37,342 nucleotides of DNA, taken from positions 1 through 37,342 of IMG/VR virus record IMGVR_UViG_3300020045_005113. One strand, 5' to 3'. The DNA comes from a virus. Taxonomy: Duplodnaviria > Caudoviricetes. Each line of letters opens with the position of its first letter. The stretch's first letter is position 1. Below are positions 19,463 through 28,429 of this stretch, piece after piece. Under the pieces are notes generated by a model. That model was given only the letters and a program-made list of their open reading frames with translations. It was not told the origin of the DNA and ran no database searches. Made by a program: the position numbers and the translations under genes.

Positions 19463-20565
19463 TGGCTATATGGGGTGCGAGGGGCAGGAAAGGAAACAAC
19501 TATAGGCGGTTTTTTACAAGAGCCGTCTTTGGTTTAACTGCGTCCAATCCCCCGCCAAAATCCGAATTATGGGATGACCTGTATTTTAGTGGTGGGGTAG
19601 AGTACCTAAAAACACTGGTTTATAGTGCGGCCGGGTCATTAGATAATGTTAAGTCAGTAAGCAAGCTTGCCCAATACACATCAAATACCGTTGAATCAAT
19701 TGTAAAGTCAATTGGAAAGCTCTCCCAGTATACATCAAATACCGTTGAATCAACGGTAAAGGTAATCAACAAAACAAACAAATATACAATCGCTACCTCT
19801 GAGGGACTCATAAAGATTGTAAATAAAACGATCGACCTCACTAGCACAATCGTTAACACAATAACCGCCGTTGGTATTTTTGGCGGGATCATATTCAACA
19901 AGACATTAAGTTATGTTGCAACCGCTAGCGAAACTTTAACTCGATCCATAAACAAGGTTAATGGTTACAGTGTATCTAAATCGGCTACACAAACCAAGGC
20001 TATCGGAAAACCACTAACTCTTGTAAACAGTGTAGGCTCGCCCATTGTCCGGCTAATAACAAAACCGATCGCACTGCTGCAAACCAAGAGTTACACCGTA
20101 TCCAAGCGCACATCAAGGTTGTTAAATTACACGCTATCCAACACGATAACACTGCTTAAGGTTATCAACAAGGCGTTAGCCTACGCTCAAATGGTTGAGC
20201 AATCAATTGTAACGCTTTATATTAACGGTGGTTTTGTACAGGCTTTCCAGAAAATGGTGGCACTCTTTAGGTTTGGAAACATTGAAACACGGCACGAGTT
20301 GGCGGTTGAGCAGCGTGTTAGTGTTGTTATTGATTCGATTAGCAGTGATCAATTAGACCAATTTGGCAATATTAATTTAGACCAATTAGGGCAAAATGCA
20401 GTCAGTCAAGATTATGGATTAATGTTTTCATCGTCGAGCGTAGACTGCGTGATCAACACAACTACAAACATTGACTGTACCCCCAATTTAACCAACGACA
20501 ATTATATTTTAGACCAAGCAGGGAACAACTGCCTAACCCAAGCTAACGCCAACTTAATAATTTAA
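19462..20565 (+). CDS. Putative fibre/whisker protein built of 18-aa repeats
   Basis: About 11 units such as KLAQYTSNTVESIVKSIG, KLSQYTSNTVESTVKVIN, KTLSYVATASETLTRSIN. Confidence 0.6.
   Translation: MAIWGARGRKGNNYRRFFTRAVFGLTASNPPPKSELWDDLYFSGGVEYLKTLVYSAAGSLDNVKSVSKLAQYTSNTVESIVKSIGKLSQYTSNTVESTVKVINKTNKYTIATSEGLIKIVNKTIDLTSTIVNTITAVGIFGGIIFNKTLSYVATASETLTRSINKVNGYSVSKSATQTKAIGKPLTLVNSVGSPIVRLITKPIALLQTKSYTVSKRTSRLLNYTLSNTITLLKVINKALAYAQMVEQSIVTLYINGGFVQAFQKMVALFRFGNIETRHELAVEQRVSVVIDSISSDQLDQFGNINLDQLGQNAVSQDYGLMFSSSSVDCVINTTTNIDCTPNLTNDNYILDQAGNNCLTQANANLII
19663..19761 (+). repeat. 54-bp-period coding tandem repeat
   Basis: ACATCAAATACCGTTGAATCAA identical at 19678-19699 and 19732-19753. 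Confidence 0.85.
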
Positions 20566-20574
20566 GGAACAATC

Positions 20575-21024
20575 ATGCCAAACATGAAAACAACAGACCA
20601 GGCCACAATAAGCGAATTCTCACACGATGATTTGTTGTTGGTGGTCAACGTATCGGATGTGACGCAATCACCAGAAGGGTCTACTGCTAAACTAAAAGTC
20701 GGCGATCTATTAGCATCAAACAAAGTAACCGCTATTGCTAATTCCGGAGCGAGTAGGCAGTTTACGTTCGCCGGTAACAGTACCGTTGATCTGACGCTAA
20801 CCGCTAATTGTGCTATTACTTTTGTCGGCGAGGTTAGCGGTCACATGGAATCAATAACGCTATTATTGAGGCAATCTGGCGCTGGTGGTTTTATTCCAAC
20901 CCTGCCCGGAACAATCTATTGGGTTGGTGGCGTGCCGCCTGTATATAACACATTGATAGGTAAAATTGACAAGGTGACGCTATCGACACCGGACGGCGGA
21001 ACAACTATTTTTGGGGATTATTAA
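20575..21024 (+). CDS. Putative tail fibre connector / distal subunit
   Basis: N-terminal DDLLLVV.VS......TAKLKVGDL connector-like motif; C-terminal ITLLLRQ.G.G...WVGGVPP. Confidence 0.5.
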   Translation: MPNMKTTDQATISEFSHDDLLLVVNVSDVTQSPEGSTAKLKVGDLLASNKVTAIANSGASRQFTFAGNSTVDLTLTANCAITFVGEVSGHMESITLLLRQSGAGGFIPTLPGTIYWVGGVPPVYNTLIGKIDKVTLSTPDGGTTIFGDY

Positions 21025-23105
21025 TGGTTTGGAACATATTCACTAACACCGATTTTCCAGATGTAGCCACCCCCTCGGTTGGGTTAGGGCTTGAGTTATA
21101 CGACGGCTGGATTGATACAGGCGGGAATAGTAACCTAATTTCAGCAAGCGGGCTAATTGAGCAGACTTCCATAATAGCAAACCCGTGGCTTAATGCGCGG
21201 ATGATGCGACCATTAAGCGAGTCAAAAAGAAACTCACGGTTTGTCTTGTCTTATGTTGCTTACCCGATCAACACTCCATCGATATTATGTTATCTAAGGG
21301 GCAATCACGCTAAGTCTACATTTACAGGCTACATCCCATTTATAGCACAGGACGGATCAAGCTTTAGGGTTTACCCTTGCGTTAATGGGGTTTTAAAAAC
21401 GCTAGTTAGCTCGGCTAGTGGGACTACGACCGTTAGCGGTACGACATATAAACTTGACGTTGAGGTTGTACAGACTGATACAGTCAGCAGCACACTAACT
21501 TTTATTTTAAGAAACTCGGACGGCACTCAGCGCGGAAATACTGTAACGATTGTAGACACAACCCCAGAATTACAAAATATTGCGGGTGTTGTTGGGTTCG
21601 GGATAAATGCCAATAATGTTAACCCAGTTGGTGCGGGTCGCATTGCGGCGGTTGAGACTTATCAGCAGCCGCCTGTTGAGGCAACATCGTACACTGTTAC
21701 GGCACAAACAGCCGGAGCGGTTAACATCGCATCTAGTAACTTTTTAGTCTATGCAAACAACGATGGTACTTTTGTCGATACAATAATAACCCCGTCGGAT
21801 AATGGCGGTGGTGGCACATTTACCCCTAGCAGCATTACACTTGCGGCTTTGCAAACACTACCCGGATCGTTTAGGTATACGCCAGGATCGGCTGGAACTA
21901 AAACGATAAGCTATACAAATAACCAAGCCCTAAGCAACCCTGCAAACACTACTTATGAAGCAAGTATCTATAATATTGTTTCAGTGTTGAAGGGTCACTT
22001 TAGCCCTGGTAATTGGAAGGGGGATAACGTGCGCGGTGGTTCTTTGTATCGTAAAACTTGGAACATTGGCGCATGGTTTGAGTATAAATTCAACGCAAGC
22101 GCAACACCAACCTGCTCGTTACTGATTGAGCAAACAGCCACTACTAATACACTCGCTATTTACACGAACGGCGTGGTAACCGATGCGGTACTGGCCAGTG
22201 GTAATACGACTATCAATGGATTGATACCCAACGCATTAAACACAGTGCGGGTATATGTAACAAACAGTATTAACAATTACCGCTGGAACGATGGTATAAA
22301 CACCGTACAGGTGAACGGGTTGCTTTTAGATTTGGCATCGACAGAAATAGACACTAGCACGCCGTCCGCATGGGGGTTAATGATAGGTGACAGCATCACT
22401 CAAGGTGTTAATGCGAATGCCTTTGTAGGATCATTTATACATGGTTATGCTTACAACCTAGAACGAGCGTTGAGTGAGTTGGGTTACGATTTAAGCGTAA
22501 ATGCTTGCTCAGGTAGTGGCTGGACTATTCAAGGTAACGCTTTGCTGGATGTGCCAGCTTATTATAAGGTTCAAGGCGGGGTTTACCAGAATTCCTTAAG
22601 CCGCTGGAATAGGATTGACGAGAATGTATCCTTATTGGATTCGAATAGCAGAATTAGCGCGTACGGTAACACCAATAGCGAACCTGCGTTTATCATAATT
22701 AATTATCTAACTAACGATTGTGGTCGTGGTGCGGTGGTAAACGATGTGAGGTTGAGCATTGAGCAGGGTATTGTTGCATTACGAACAGCCGCACCGAACG
22801 CAGCCCTAGTGTTGGTAGTGCCTCCGGGTTTATATGACACAACAATAGGCAACAATGTTAATTCTGCGGTTTATATCACAGCACTTAAGACCGCGTTTAC
22901 AAACTACACAACCGCTAACCCTAGAGACGGAAGGATAGCCTTAGTTGATTTGGGAAGTGATTTTGCAAAAACAATCAGTCGAGGTATTTACACATCCGAC
23001 GGGTTGCATCCGTTGGTGTTGGGAGGTGCGGCAATGTCATCCAGATTATTGCCAAAAATATTGAGTACATTGGCTAAACTTGTTAATAAATGGACGTACG
23101 GCTAA
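21024..23105 (+). CDS. Tail-associated protein with C-terminal SGNH/GDSL hydrolase domain
   Basis: MIGDSITQG (block I), SGSGW (II), YLTND (III), DGLHP (V); no signal peptide; last gene of the fibre cluster. Confidence 0.8.
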   Translation: MVWNIFTNTDFPDVATPSVGLGLELYDGWIDTGGNSNLISASGLIEQTSIIANPWLNARMMRPLSESKRNSRFVLSYVAYPINTPSILCYLRGNHAKSTFTGYIPFIAQDGSSFRVYPCVNGVLKTLVSSASGTTTVSGTTYKLDVEVVQTDTVSSTLTFILRNSDGTQRGNTVTIVDTTPELQNIAGVVGFGINANNVNPVGAGRIAAVETYQQPPVEATSYTVTAQTAGAVNIASSNFLVYANNDGTFVDTIITPSDNGGGGTFTPSSITLAALQTLPGSFRYTPGSAGTKTISYTNNQALSNPANTTYEASIYNIVSVLKGHFSPGNWKGDNVRGGSLYRKTWNIGAWFEYKFNASATPTCSLLIEQTATTNTLAIYTNGVVTDAVLASGNTTINGLIPNALNTVRVYVTNSINNYRWNDGINTVQVNGLLLDLASTEIDTSTPSAWGLMIGDSITQGVNANAFVGSFIHGYAYNLERALSELGYDLSVNACSGSGWTIQGNALLDVPAYYKVQGGVYQNSLSRWNRIDENVSLLDSNSRISAYGNTNSEPAFIIINYLTNDCGRGAVVNDVRLSIEQGIVALRTAAPNAALVLVVPPGLYDTTIGNNVNSAVYITALKTAFTNYTTANPRDGRIALVDLGSDFAKTISRGIYTSDGLHPLVLGGAAMSSRLLPKILSTLAKLVNKWTYG

Positions 23106-23119
23106 AAATGTGAAATAAT

Positions 23120-23136
23120 ACAACTATTGACAACTT
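23120..23136 (+). promoter_or_regulatory. ACAAC-N5-ACAAC box
   Basis: ACAACTA-TTG-ACAACTT directly before a GAGG RBS; TACAACTATTGACAACT is identical to 29521-29537. Confidence 0.7.
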
Positions 23137-23148
23137 GAGGAAAATACT

Positions 23149-23385
23149 ATGCAATCTTTTTTAATATCACAATTAGCTAAGTTTTTAACCGGTGTTTTAT
23201 TCTGGCAACAGGTACGGGATGCCGTGCGTATGTACGACGACACCACAATGACTGGTGCGGAAAAGAAGGAAGCTGTAATGAAATTTTTACGTGCGGAAGC
23301 CAAGGCTTTCGGCACGTTTTTGGTGAGCCTTGCTATTGAGTTGGGAGTTGCTTATTTCAAGTCTAAGAGTGGTAAGCTTAAGTAG
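23149..23385 (+). CDS. Small holin-like / lysis-region protein
   Basis: 78 aa, GAGG RBS, TGAEKKEAV motif, hydrophobic ends, basic C-terminus. Confidence 0.5.
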   Translation: MQSFLISQLAKFLTGVLFWQQVRDAVRMYDDTTMTGAEKKEAVMKFLRAEAKAFGTFLVSLAIELGVAYFKSKSGKLK

Positions 23386-23494
23386 AACCATACTGTTAGT
23401 TGTATTGACCGGATGCTCAACCACACCGGCTCAACCAGTAATCACGGATAAGCTTAACATACCCGTGATTACTATTATTAACATTGATTTCTGA
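23369..23494 (+). CDS. Small lipoprotein, 41 aa (o-spanin-like?); not in ORF track
   Basis: GTG start; VVSLSRTILLVVLTGC-STTPAQPVITDKLNIPVITIINIDF*; lipobox LTGC; fills the gap between lysis genes. Confidence 0.55.
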   Translation: MVSLSRTILLVVLTGCSTTPAQPVITDKLNIPVITIINIDF

Positions 23495-23503
23495 GATACG
23501 AGA

Positions 23504-23761
23504 ATGGAAAAATATTGGGAACTAATAAACGCATTACAAAAAGGTAAAGAACTCAGTAACTCGGCAAACTGGAAAAACGCCACGATTCGAATGGGGTTTT
23601 TCTTGTCATTGTTGCACGGAGTCATCGGGTTTTTACCTCCAGATGTTGGGCAAGCGATCAACGTATCTAGTGTGGCCAATGCTTTAGATGTATTGTTTGG
23701 TGTGTTTGTCGCATATTCCACGATAGCAACAAGCAAGAAAGTGGGCATCGTTAAAAAATGA
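23504..23761 (+). CDS. Putative holin (two hydrophobic segments)
   Basis: MGFFLSLLHGVIGFL and LDVLFGVFVAYSTIATS, basic tail KKVGIVKK. Confidence 0.55.
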   Translation: MEKYWELINALQKGKELSNSANWKNATIRMGFFLSLLHGVIGFLPPDVGQAINVSSVANALDVLFGVFVAYSTIATSKKVGIVKK

Positions 23762-23976
23762 GCGCAATCGAACGGTTAGCTAAGATAGAGATCCTATTAG
23801 AAGGTGTTTGTAATCGCTTAGACGATGTTAACCTTAAGATTGAGTCGTTCGACCTGCGCATAAGAAAACTTGAAAACAGTAAATTAGCAGCATTATCGAC
23901 ACTAACCGGGATCGGGTTAATGTATGGGGTTATCACTGGCAACCTTGGGAAGTTTATTTCTAAATTGTTGGAATGA
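23758..23976 (+). CDS. Coiled-coil plus C-terminal TM protein (XhlA/holin-like)
   Basis: ERLAKIE...RIRKLE coiled coil followed by LAALSTLTGIGLMYGVIT. Confidence 0.55.
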   Translation: MSAIERLAKIEILLEGVCNRLDDVNLKIESFDLRIRKLENSKLAALSTLTGIGLMYGVITGNLGKFISKLLE

Positions 23977-24039
23977 GTTGTTAAAACTGTGACGCGGTTA
24001 TCAGAAATTAAATAATCGAGAGCTATAATTAGCACCATG

Positions 24040-24072
24040 AAAAGGGGTTGCCTTAACGGATGACCCCTTTTT
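24040..24072. terminator. Intrinsic terminator (probably bidirectional) ending the late operon
   Basis: AAAAGGGGT...ACCCCTTTTT inverted repeat. Confidence 0.8.
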
Positions 24073-24091
24073 AATTACCTTAAAATACTTC

Positions 24092-24119
24092 TTGTAAGTT
24101 GTTTTAAGTTGTGTATAAT
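24092..24119 (+). promoter_or_regulatory. Sigma70-like promoter of the replication module, containing a reverse ACAAC-N5-ACAAC box (24096-24112)
   Basis: TTGTAA, 16 nt, TATAAT; AAGTTGT-TTT-AAGTTGT fills the spacer. Confidence 0.65.
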
Positions 24120-24154
24120 GCGAAACTCTTAAATGAAAAACAGGAAAAATTAAA

Positions 24155-24553
24155 ATGACAATTGAAGATAGGATAATAGAAAACACGAAAGCAATGTTGG
24201 CGTTAACCGAAGTAATCAAGGATTTGGTAAACGAGTTGTATGTTAAAAATGATACTCCACAATCGGTTATTGAGGATCTTAAAAAAGTTGTGGAATTTGA
24301 GCCGATTGAAGAATTGAAACTTGTTGAAGATCATAAAAAGGATGTTGCAGAACTAGCAACATGGGATAATAACGATTATGCAACCGTGCAGGAAATCGCT
24401 CGTAAAATGTGCGTAGAAAAAGCACAGCTGAGCCGGGACAATTGCGGAAAAGTACTGGCTAAACATAACGCTCTTGGAAAAGGTAAGCTAGCAACTCTTG
24501 ATTTACAGCAAACGCGTGATTTACTCGATGAGTTGCAACATGTCACGGCATAG
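24155..24553 (+). CDS. Hypothetical protein typical of the position before DUF2800
   Basis: AGGA RBS; helical N-terminus IEDRIIENTKAMLALTEVI; synteny. Confidence 0.7.
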   Translation: MTIEDRIIENTKAMLALTEVIKDLVNELYVKNDTPQSVIEDLKKVVEFEPIEELKLVEDHKKDVAELATWDNNDYATVQEIARKMCVEKAQLSRDNCGKVLAKHNALGKGKLATLDLQQTRDLLDELQHVTA

Positions 24554-25703
24554 CAGATTCAGCGCGTCTAGCGCACATAGATGGATGAATTGCCCTGGTA
24601 GCTTTGAATTAAACCAAGGCAACTCCGGTTCAAATCTAGCAGCCGATCAAGGCACTGTTGCCCATTGGCTTGCTAGCGAGTATTACAACGAGCCGCACTT
24701 GATTGAGTTTGAGCTGGATCAGGCTTACATTGTGATTGACGGGTTGCCAGTACAATGTATGGAAGGTTCGGACGGTTTAATCGCCGTTGATGAGGAGATG
24801 ATTGAGAATGTTAAGGGGTATTGGGGATTCATAGAGGAAGAAACCCACCTTAACTTTGAGATTGAAAAAAGGTTGGATCTTTCGGAATCGTTAGGTGTTG
24901 ATTGTGGCGGCACTGCTGACGTATTGAGCATTGATTATGTAAACAAACTAATCAAGGTTATAGACTTAAAATACGGATTTCTGAAAGTCGAGGATCAAGA
25001 CAATAAGCAGCTGCTTATTTATGCGTTAGGAGCGTGGGAGTCGTTTAAAGGGTTGGCTGGCGACGATTGGCAGATTGAAACAGTAATATATCAGCCACGG
25101 ATCGGAAACATTGGCCGTGCTAGATATTCAACCGATGATTTGTTTGCGTTCAAAAATACACTTACGGACGCAATTAACAAAATACAATCTGGCGATAAAA
25201 CATTAGTATCATCAGAAGATGGTTGCAGGTGGTGTGCCGTTAAAGATGTATGCCCAAAACTACGAGAAGCATCAACGGAGCTAATCAACGCAACAAGAAC
25301 GCTAGAGGTGGTCGATCCGTTTGACTTGTCACAGGAGCAACTGGCTTATTTCTATGATAAGTTGCCAACCATAATGCTTTGGGTAAAAGCTATAGAAGCA
25401 GCGGTCTATACAAAAGCGTTGGGTGGTGAAGTTATACCAGGTTACAAGCTAGTCAATGGTAAGCTTGGTAATAGAAAGTGGGTTGATGAAAAAGCAACAA
25501 TCGAGCTATTAAAAGACTCAGGGTTAGATTTGTTTAACATGACAATAAAAAGCCCAACTGATATAGCAGCACAGCTAAAAAAGCGCAAAGAAAAATTGAG
25601 CGAGGATTTAATAACCAGACCGGTAGGCAAAAAGGAACTGGTTAAATTATCAGACAAACGAAAACCGGAAAAAACAGTAACTGATATGTTCGAGGAGGAC
25701 TGA
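24540..25703 (+). CDS. DUF2800 Cas4-like PD-(D/E)XK nuclease
   Basis: HSRFSASSAHRWMNCPGS, GTVAH, GGTADV, IDLKYG, QLLIYALG, CRWC...C; likely start ATG 24540 (ORF track 24498). Confidence 0.9.
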   Translation: MSRHSRFSASSAHRWMNCPGSFELNQGNSGSNLAADQGTVAHWLASEYYNEPHLIEFELDQAYIVIDGLPVQCMEGSDGLIAVDEEMIENVKGYWGFIEEETHLNFEIEKRLDLSESLGVDCGGTADVLSIDYVNKLIKVIDLKYGFLKVEDQDNKQLLIYALGAWESFKGLAGDDWQIETVIYQPRIGNIGRARYSTDDLFAFKNTLTDAINKIQSGDKTLVSSEDGCRWCAVKDVCPKLREASTELINATRTLEVVDPFDLSQEQLAYFYDKLPTIMLWVKAIEAAVYTKALGGEVIPGYKLVNGKLGNRKWVDEKATIELLKDSGLDLFNMTIKSPTDIAAQLKKRKEKLSEDLITRPVGKKELVKLSDKRKPEKTVTDMFEED

Positions 25704-25728
25704 CACAATATATTTTTTGCTTTTAATA

Positions 25729-25745
25729 ACAACTTTTAACAAATA
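25729..25745 (+). promoter_or_regulatory. ACAAC-N5-ACAAC box (1 mismatch)
   Basis: ACAACTT-TTA-ACAAATA just upstream of the SSB gene RBS. Confidence 0.5.
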
Positions 25746-25759
25746 ACTGAGAAAACAAA

Positions 25760-26323
25760 ATGAGAATTAAATTAAAAAACGTAAGAATCGCTTATCCTGA
25801 ATTATTTAACGCAAAGCTTAACGGAACTTTTCCCGATCAACCTGCGAAGTACAATTGCCGCGTTTTGCTTGATAAATCCGATCCTCAAGTTGGGATTGTT
25901 AAATCGGGCATTTCAAACGTGGCTACTGACGCATTTAAAGATAAAGCCACTTTGATATTAAAATCATTATCCGCACAAGATAGACTACCTATTCATGACG
26001 GAGACTTGAAACCTGATCTTGATGGGCATGAGGGTAATTATTACTTGAACTTATCCAGCAAGTCGAAACCAACTGTTTTAAACAAAAACAAAACACCTGC
26101 CACTGAATCAGCAAGCCCATTTTATTCAGGTTGCCGGGCTGATGTAATTTTAGAAATAACTGCTTACCTAAATAGACAGAAGCAACATTGTGTATCGGTT
26201 GAGCTGGCTGGTGTCATGTTTGTCGGTGACGATGAGCCATTGGCAACAGGATCGGTGAAAGTTGCGAAAGCTGATGAGTTTGACGATTACGAAATTGACC
26301 AGGACAATGTGTTAGAGTTTTAA
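25760..26323 (+). CDS. ssDNA-binding protein, DUF2815 / T7 gp2.5-like
   Basis: LKNVRIAYPELF, HDGD, FYSGC, GVMFVGDDEPL, acidic tail ending in Phe. Confidence 0.9.
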   Translation: MRIKLKNVRIAYPELFNAKLNGTFPDQPAKYNCRVLLDKSDPQVGIVKSGISNVATDAFKDKATLILKSLSAQDRLPIHDGDLKPDLDGHEGNYYLNLSSKSKPTVLNKNKTPATESASPFYSGCRADVILEITAYLNRQKQHCVSVELAGVMFVGDDEPLATGSVKVAKADEFDDYEIDQDNVLEF

Positions 26324-26329
26324 TCATAA

Positions 26330-26357
26330 AGGGGCGGGTAACACTGCCCCTATTTTT
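26330..26357 (+). terminator. Intrinsic terminator after SSB
   Basis: AGGGGCGG-loop-CTGCCCCT then ATTTTT. Confidence 0.7.
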
Positions 26358-26363
26358 AACACA

Positions 26364-28160
26364 ATGGATCGGAAAATGGACACTGTAATACTAGATACAG
26401 AGGTTTACCCTAATTATTTTTTGCTTGCTTTTAAAAGCCTTAAGTCTGGGAATAGTCTCAAGTTTGAGCTGACCGAACAAACTAAGTTTGACGTTAACAG
26501 CGTGCGTAAAATATTAAACGGGTACGAGTTGATAAGCTTTAACGGCATTAATTTCGATATGCCGTTAATAGCGTTGGCATTAGCCGATAAGGATAACGCC
26601 ACTATTTTTGAGTGCTGCGAGGATATAATCAAGCGTGGTATGCGGGTTTGGCATTTGGTAGATAAATACGGAATATTTTTGCCTAATTACAACCACATCG
26701 ACATAATGGAAGTGGCTAAGGGAAAGGTAGGATTAAAGCAGTATGCAGGTAGACTTAACGCCACAAAGCTGATGAACTTACCGATTGCGCCTGGCACAAT
26801 ATTGACACGCGAGCAAATGGATCAAGTTGCGTCATACTGTCTTGATGACCTTGAACTCACCAAAATAGTATATAAAGATTTGTTACCGCAACTTACCGTT
26901 CGGGTTGATATTTCAGATCAATATAGTTTGGATGTTAGATCAAAATCCGATGCCCAGATAGCAGAACACGTAATAAAAAGCGAATTATTGAAATTAGGTG
27001 TAGTGGCTGTTAAACCTGTTATAACTCAGACTGAGTTTTTCTATAGCAAGCCGGATTACATTAAATTTCACGACTGCTTACTTAATGATCTTGTAAATGA
27101 GTTAGAACTCAACCCGTTTACTCTAAAAACTACGGGCAAGTTTAACCATCCCGAGTGTTTTAAAGAAACAATACGCATAGGTGATACAGTATATAAACTT
27201 GGAGCGGGTGGCATACATTCGCAAGAGTCCAACATTGCCCACTACTCAACGGAAAATATAAGAATTATTGATAGGGACGTTGACAGCTATTATCCAAACA
27301 TAATCTTAAACAATAGGCTTTTCCCAGAACATTTAGGGCTTGAATTTCTAACCGTTTATAAAAAGTTAGTGGTCGATAGGCTCAAGGCTAAACGGTCAGG
27401 GAATAAGACCGTCGCGGATGTGTTAAAGATTGTTATTAACGGTTCGTTTGGTAAGTTTGGATCACCGTTTTCTGTTTTGTTTTCACCGCAATTATTGTTG
27501 CAAACAACAGTTACCGGGCAGTTATCATTGTTGATGCTAATTGAGCAACTGGGATTGCACGGGATTAAATGCGTATCGGCAAATACTGACGGTGTGTTAA
27601 TGATTGTTACTAAAAATTTAAATGCCGTTTATGATCAGGTTATACATGATTGGGAACTGTTAACCGGGTTTGAGACATCAGAAACTGTCTATAGTAAATA
27701 CATTGGCAGAGACGTTAACAACTATTTGGCGGTACTTGACAATGGATTTACAGCAAAAGCTAAGGGAATATTTGTTACAAAACCTAACCTGGATAAGTCG
27801 CCGGATTCACCTATTATTTATGATGCCGTGGTTAGTCATATAATTTTCGACACCGATATTGATGAGTATGTAACCTCGTGTAAGGATATTACAAAATTCC
27901 TAGCATTGCGGAAAGTTACGGGTGGAGCAGTCAGTTGTGATGTGGATCATGGCAAGGTTATTCGATGGTATTACTCAACGGATGCTTACGGGAAGTGGAT
28001 AACTTACAAGCTTAACGGAAACAAAGTGCCTAAAAGTGACGGGGCAAAGGTGTTGATGAACCTGCCAGACTCATTGCCGGATGACATTGATTATTGTTTT
28101 TATATCAATTCGGCTAATAAATTATTAACAAATTTAACAACTTTGGACAACGTATGTTAG
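26364..28160 (+). CDS. DNA polymerase family B with 3'-5' exonuclease
   Basis: Exo I LDTEVY, Exo II FNGINFD, Exo III YCLDD; Pol motif A DVDSYYP, motif B KIVINGSFGK, motif C ANTDG; alternative start 26376. Confidence 0.9.
   Translation: MDRKMDTVILDTEVYPNYFLLAFKSLKSGNSLKFELTEQTKFDVNSVRKILNGYELISFNGINFDMPLIALALADKDNATIFECCEDIIKRGMRVWHLVDKYGIFLPNYNHIDIMEVAKGKVGLKQYAGRLNATKLMNLPIAPGTILTREQMDQVASYCLDDLELTKIVYKDLLPQLTVRVDISDQYSLDVRSKSDAQIAEHVIKSELLKLGVVAVKPVITQTEFFYSKPDYIKFHDCLLNDLVNELELNPFTLKTTGKFNHPECFKETIRIGDTVYKLGAGGIHSQESNIAHYSTENIRIIDRDVDSYYPNIILNNRLFPEHLGLEFLTVYKKLVVDRLKAKRSGNKTVADVLKIVINGSFGKFGSPFSVLFSPQLLLQTTVTGQLSLLMLIEQLGLHGIKCVSANTDGVLMIVTKNLNAVYDQVIHDWELLTGFETSETVYSKYIGRDVNNYLAVLDNGFTAKAKGIFVTKPNLDKSPDSPIIYDAVVSHIIFDTDIDEYVTSCKDITKFLALRKVTGGAVSCDVDHGKVIRWYYSTDAYGKWITYKLNGNKVPKSDGAKVLMNLPDSLPDDIDYCFYINSANKLLTNLTTLDNVC
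28137..28153 (+). promoter_or_regulatory. ACAAC-N5-ACAAC box
   Basis: ACAACTT-TGG-ACAACGT ending at the base before ATG 28154. Confidence 0.6.
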
Positions 28161-28429
28161 AATCCAAGATCGAACGTTATCTAAGGGAAGGGGTTATAAG
28201 CCTGGATGGCGAAACAAGAAAACTCAGCTACATCGGACACAATGGCGCACCGGATAGGTTGATCATGCTTAATAAAAAAATAGCGTTTGCTGAGTTAAAA
28301 TCCCCTGGACAGAGAGCCAGCAGACTACAGGAGTTAGAAATGGAAATTTTACGGAATTATGGGCAGAGGTGTTTGTTGCTTGATTCCATTGGCGCGGTTG
28401 ATGATTTTATAACGAGTATGTATATATGA
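28154..28429 (+). CDS. VRR-NUC domain nuclease
   Basis: LESKIE, GAPDRL, FAELKSPG, LQ..E. Confidence 0.9.
   Translation: MLESKIERYLREGVISLDGETRKLSYIGHNGAPDRLIMLNKKIAFAELKSPGQRASRLQELEMEILRNYGQRCLLLDSIGAVDDFITSMYI

Noticed and set aside
19663-19761. 22-bp repeat with a 32-bp spacer, superficially CRISPR-like
   Set aside because: Only two units, in-frame 54-bp period, spacers similar to each other; part of a protein repeat
15701-23105. Possible diversity-generating retroelement or invertible fibre cassette
   Set aside because: No reverse transcriptase, invertase, TR/VR pair or inverted fibre segment seen
24540-25703. Cas4-like nuclease as a sign of CRISPR-Cas
   Set aside because: Stand-alone DUF2800 in the usual phage replication context; no array or other cas genes
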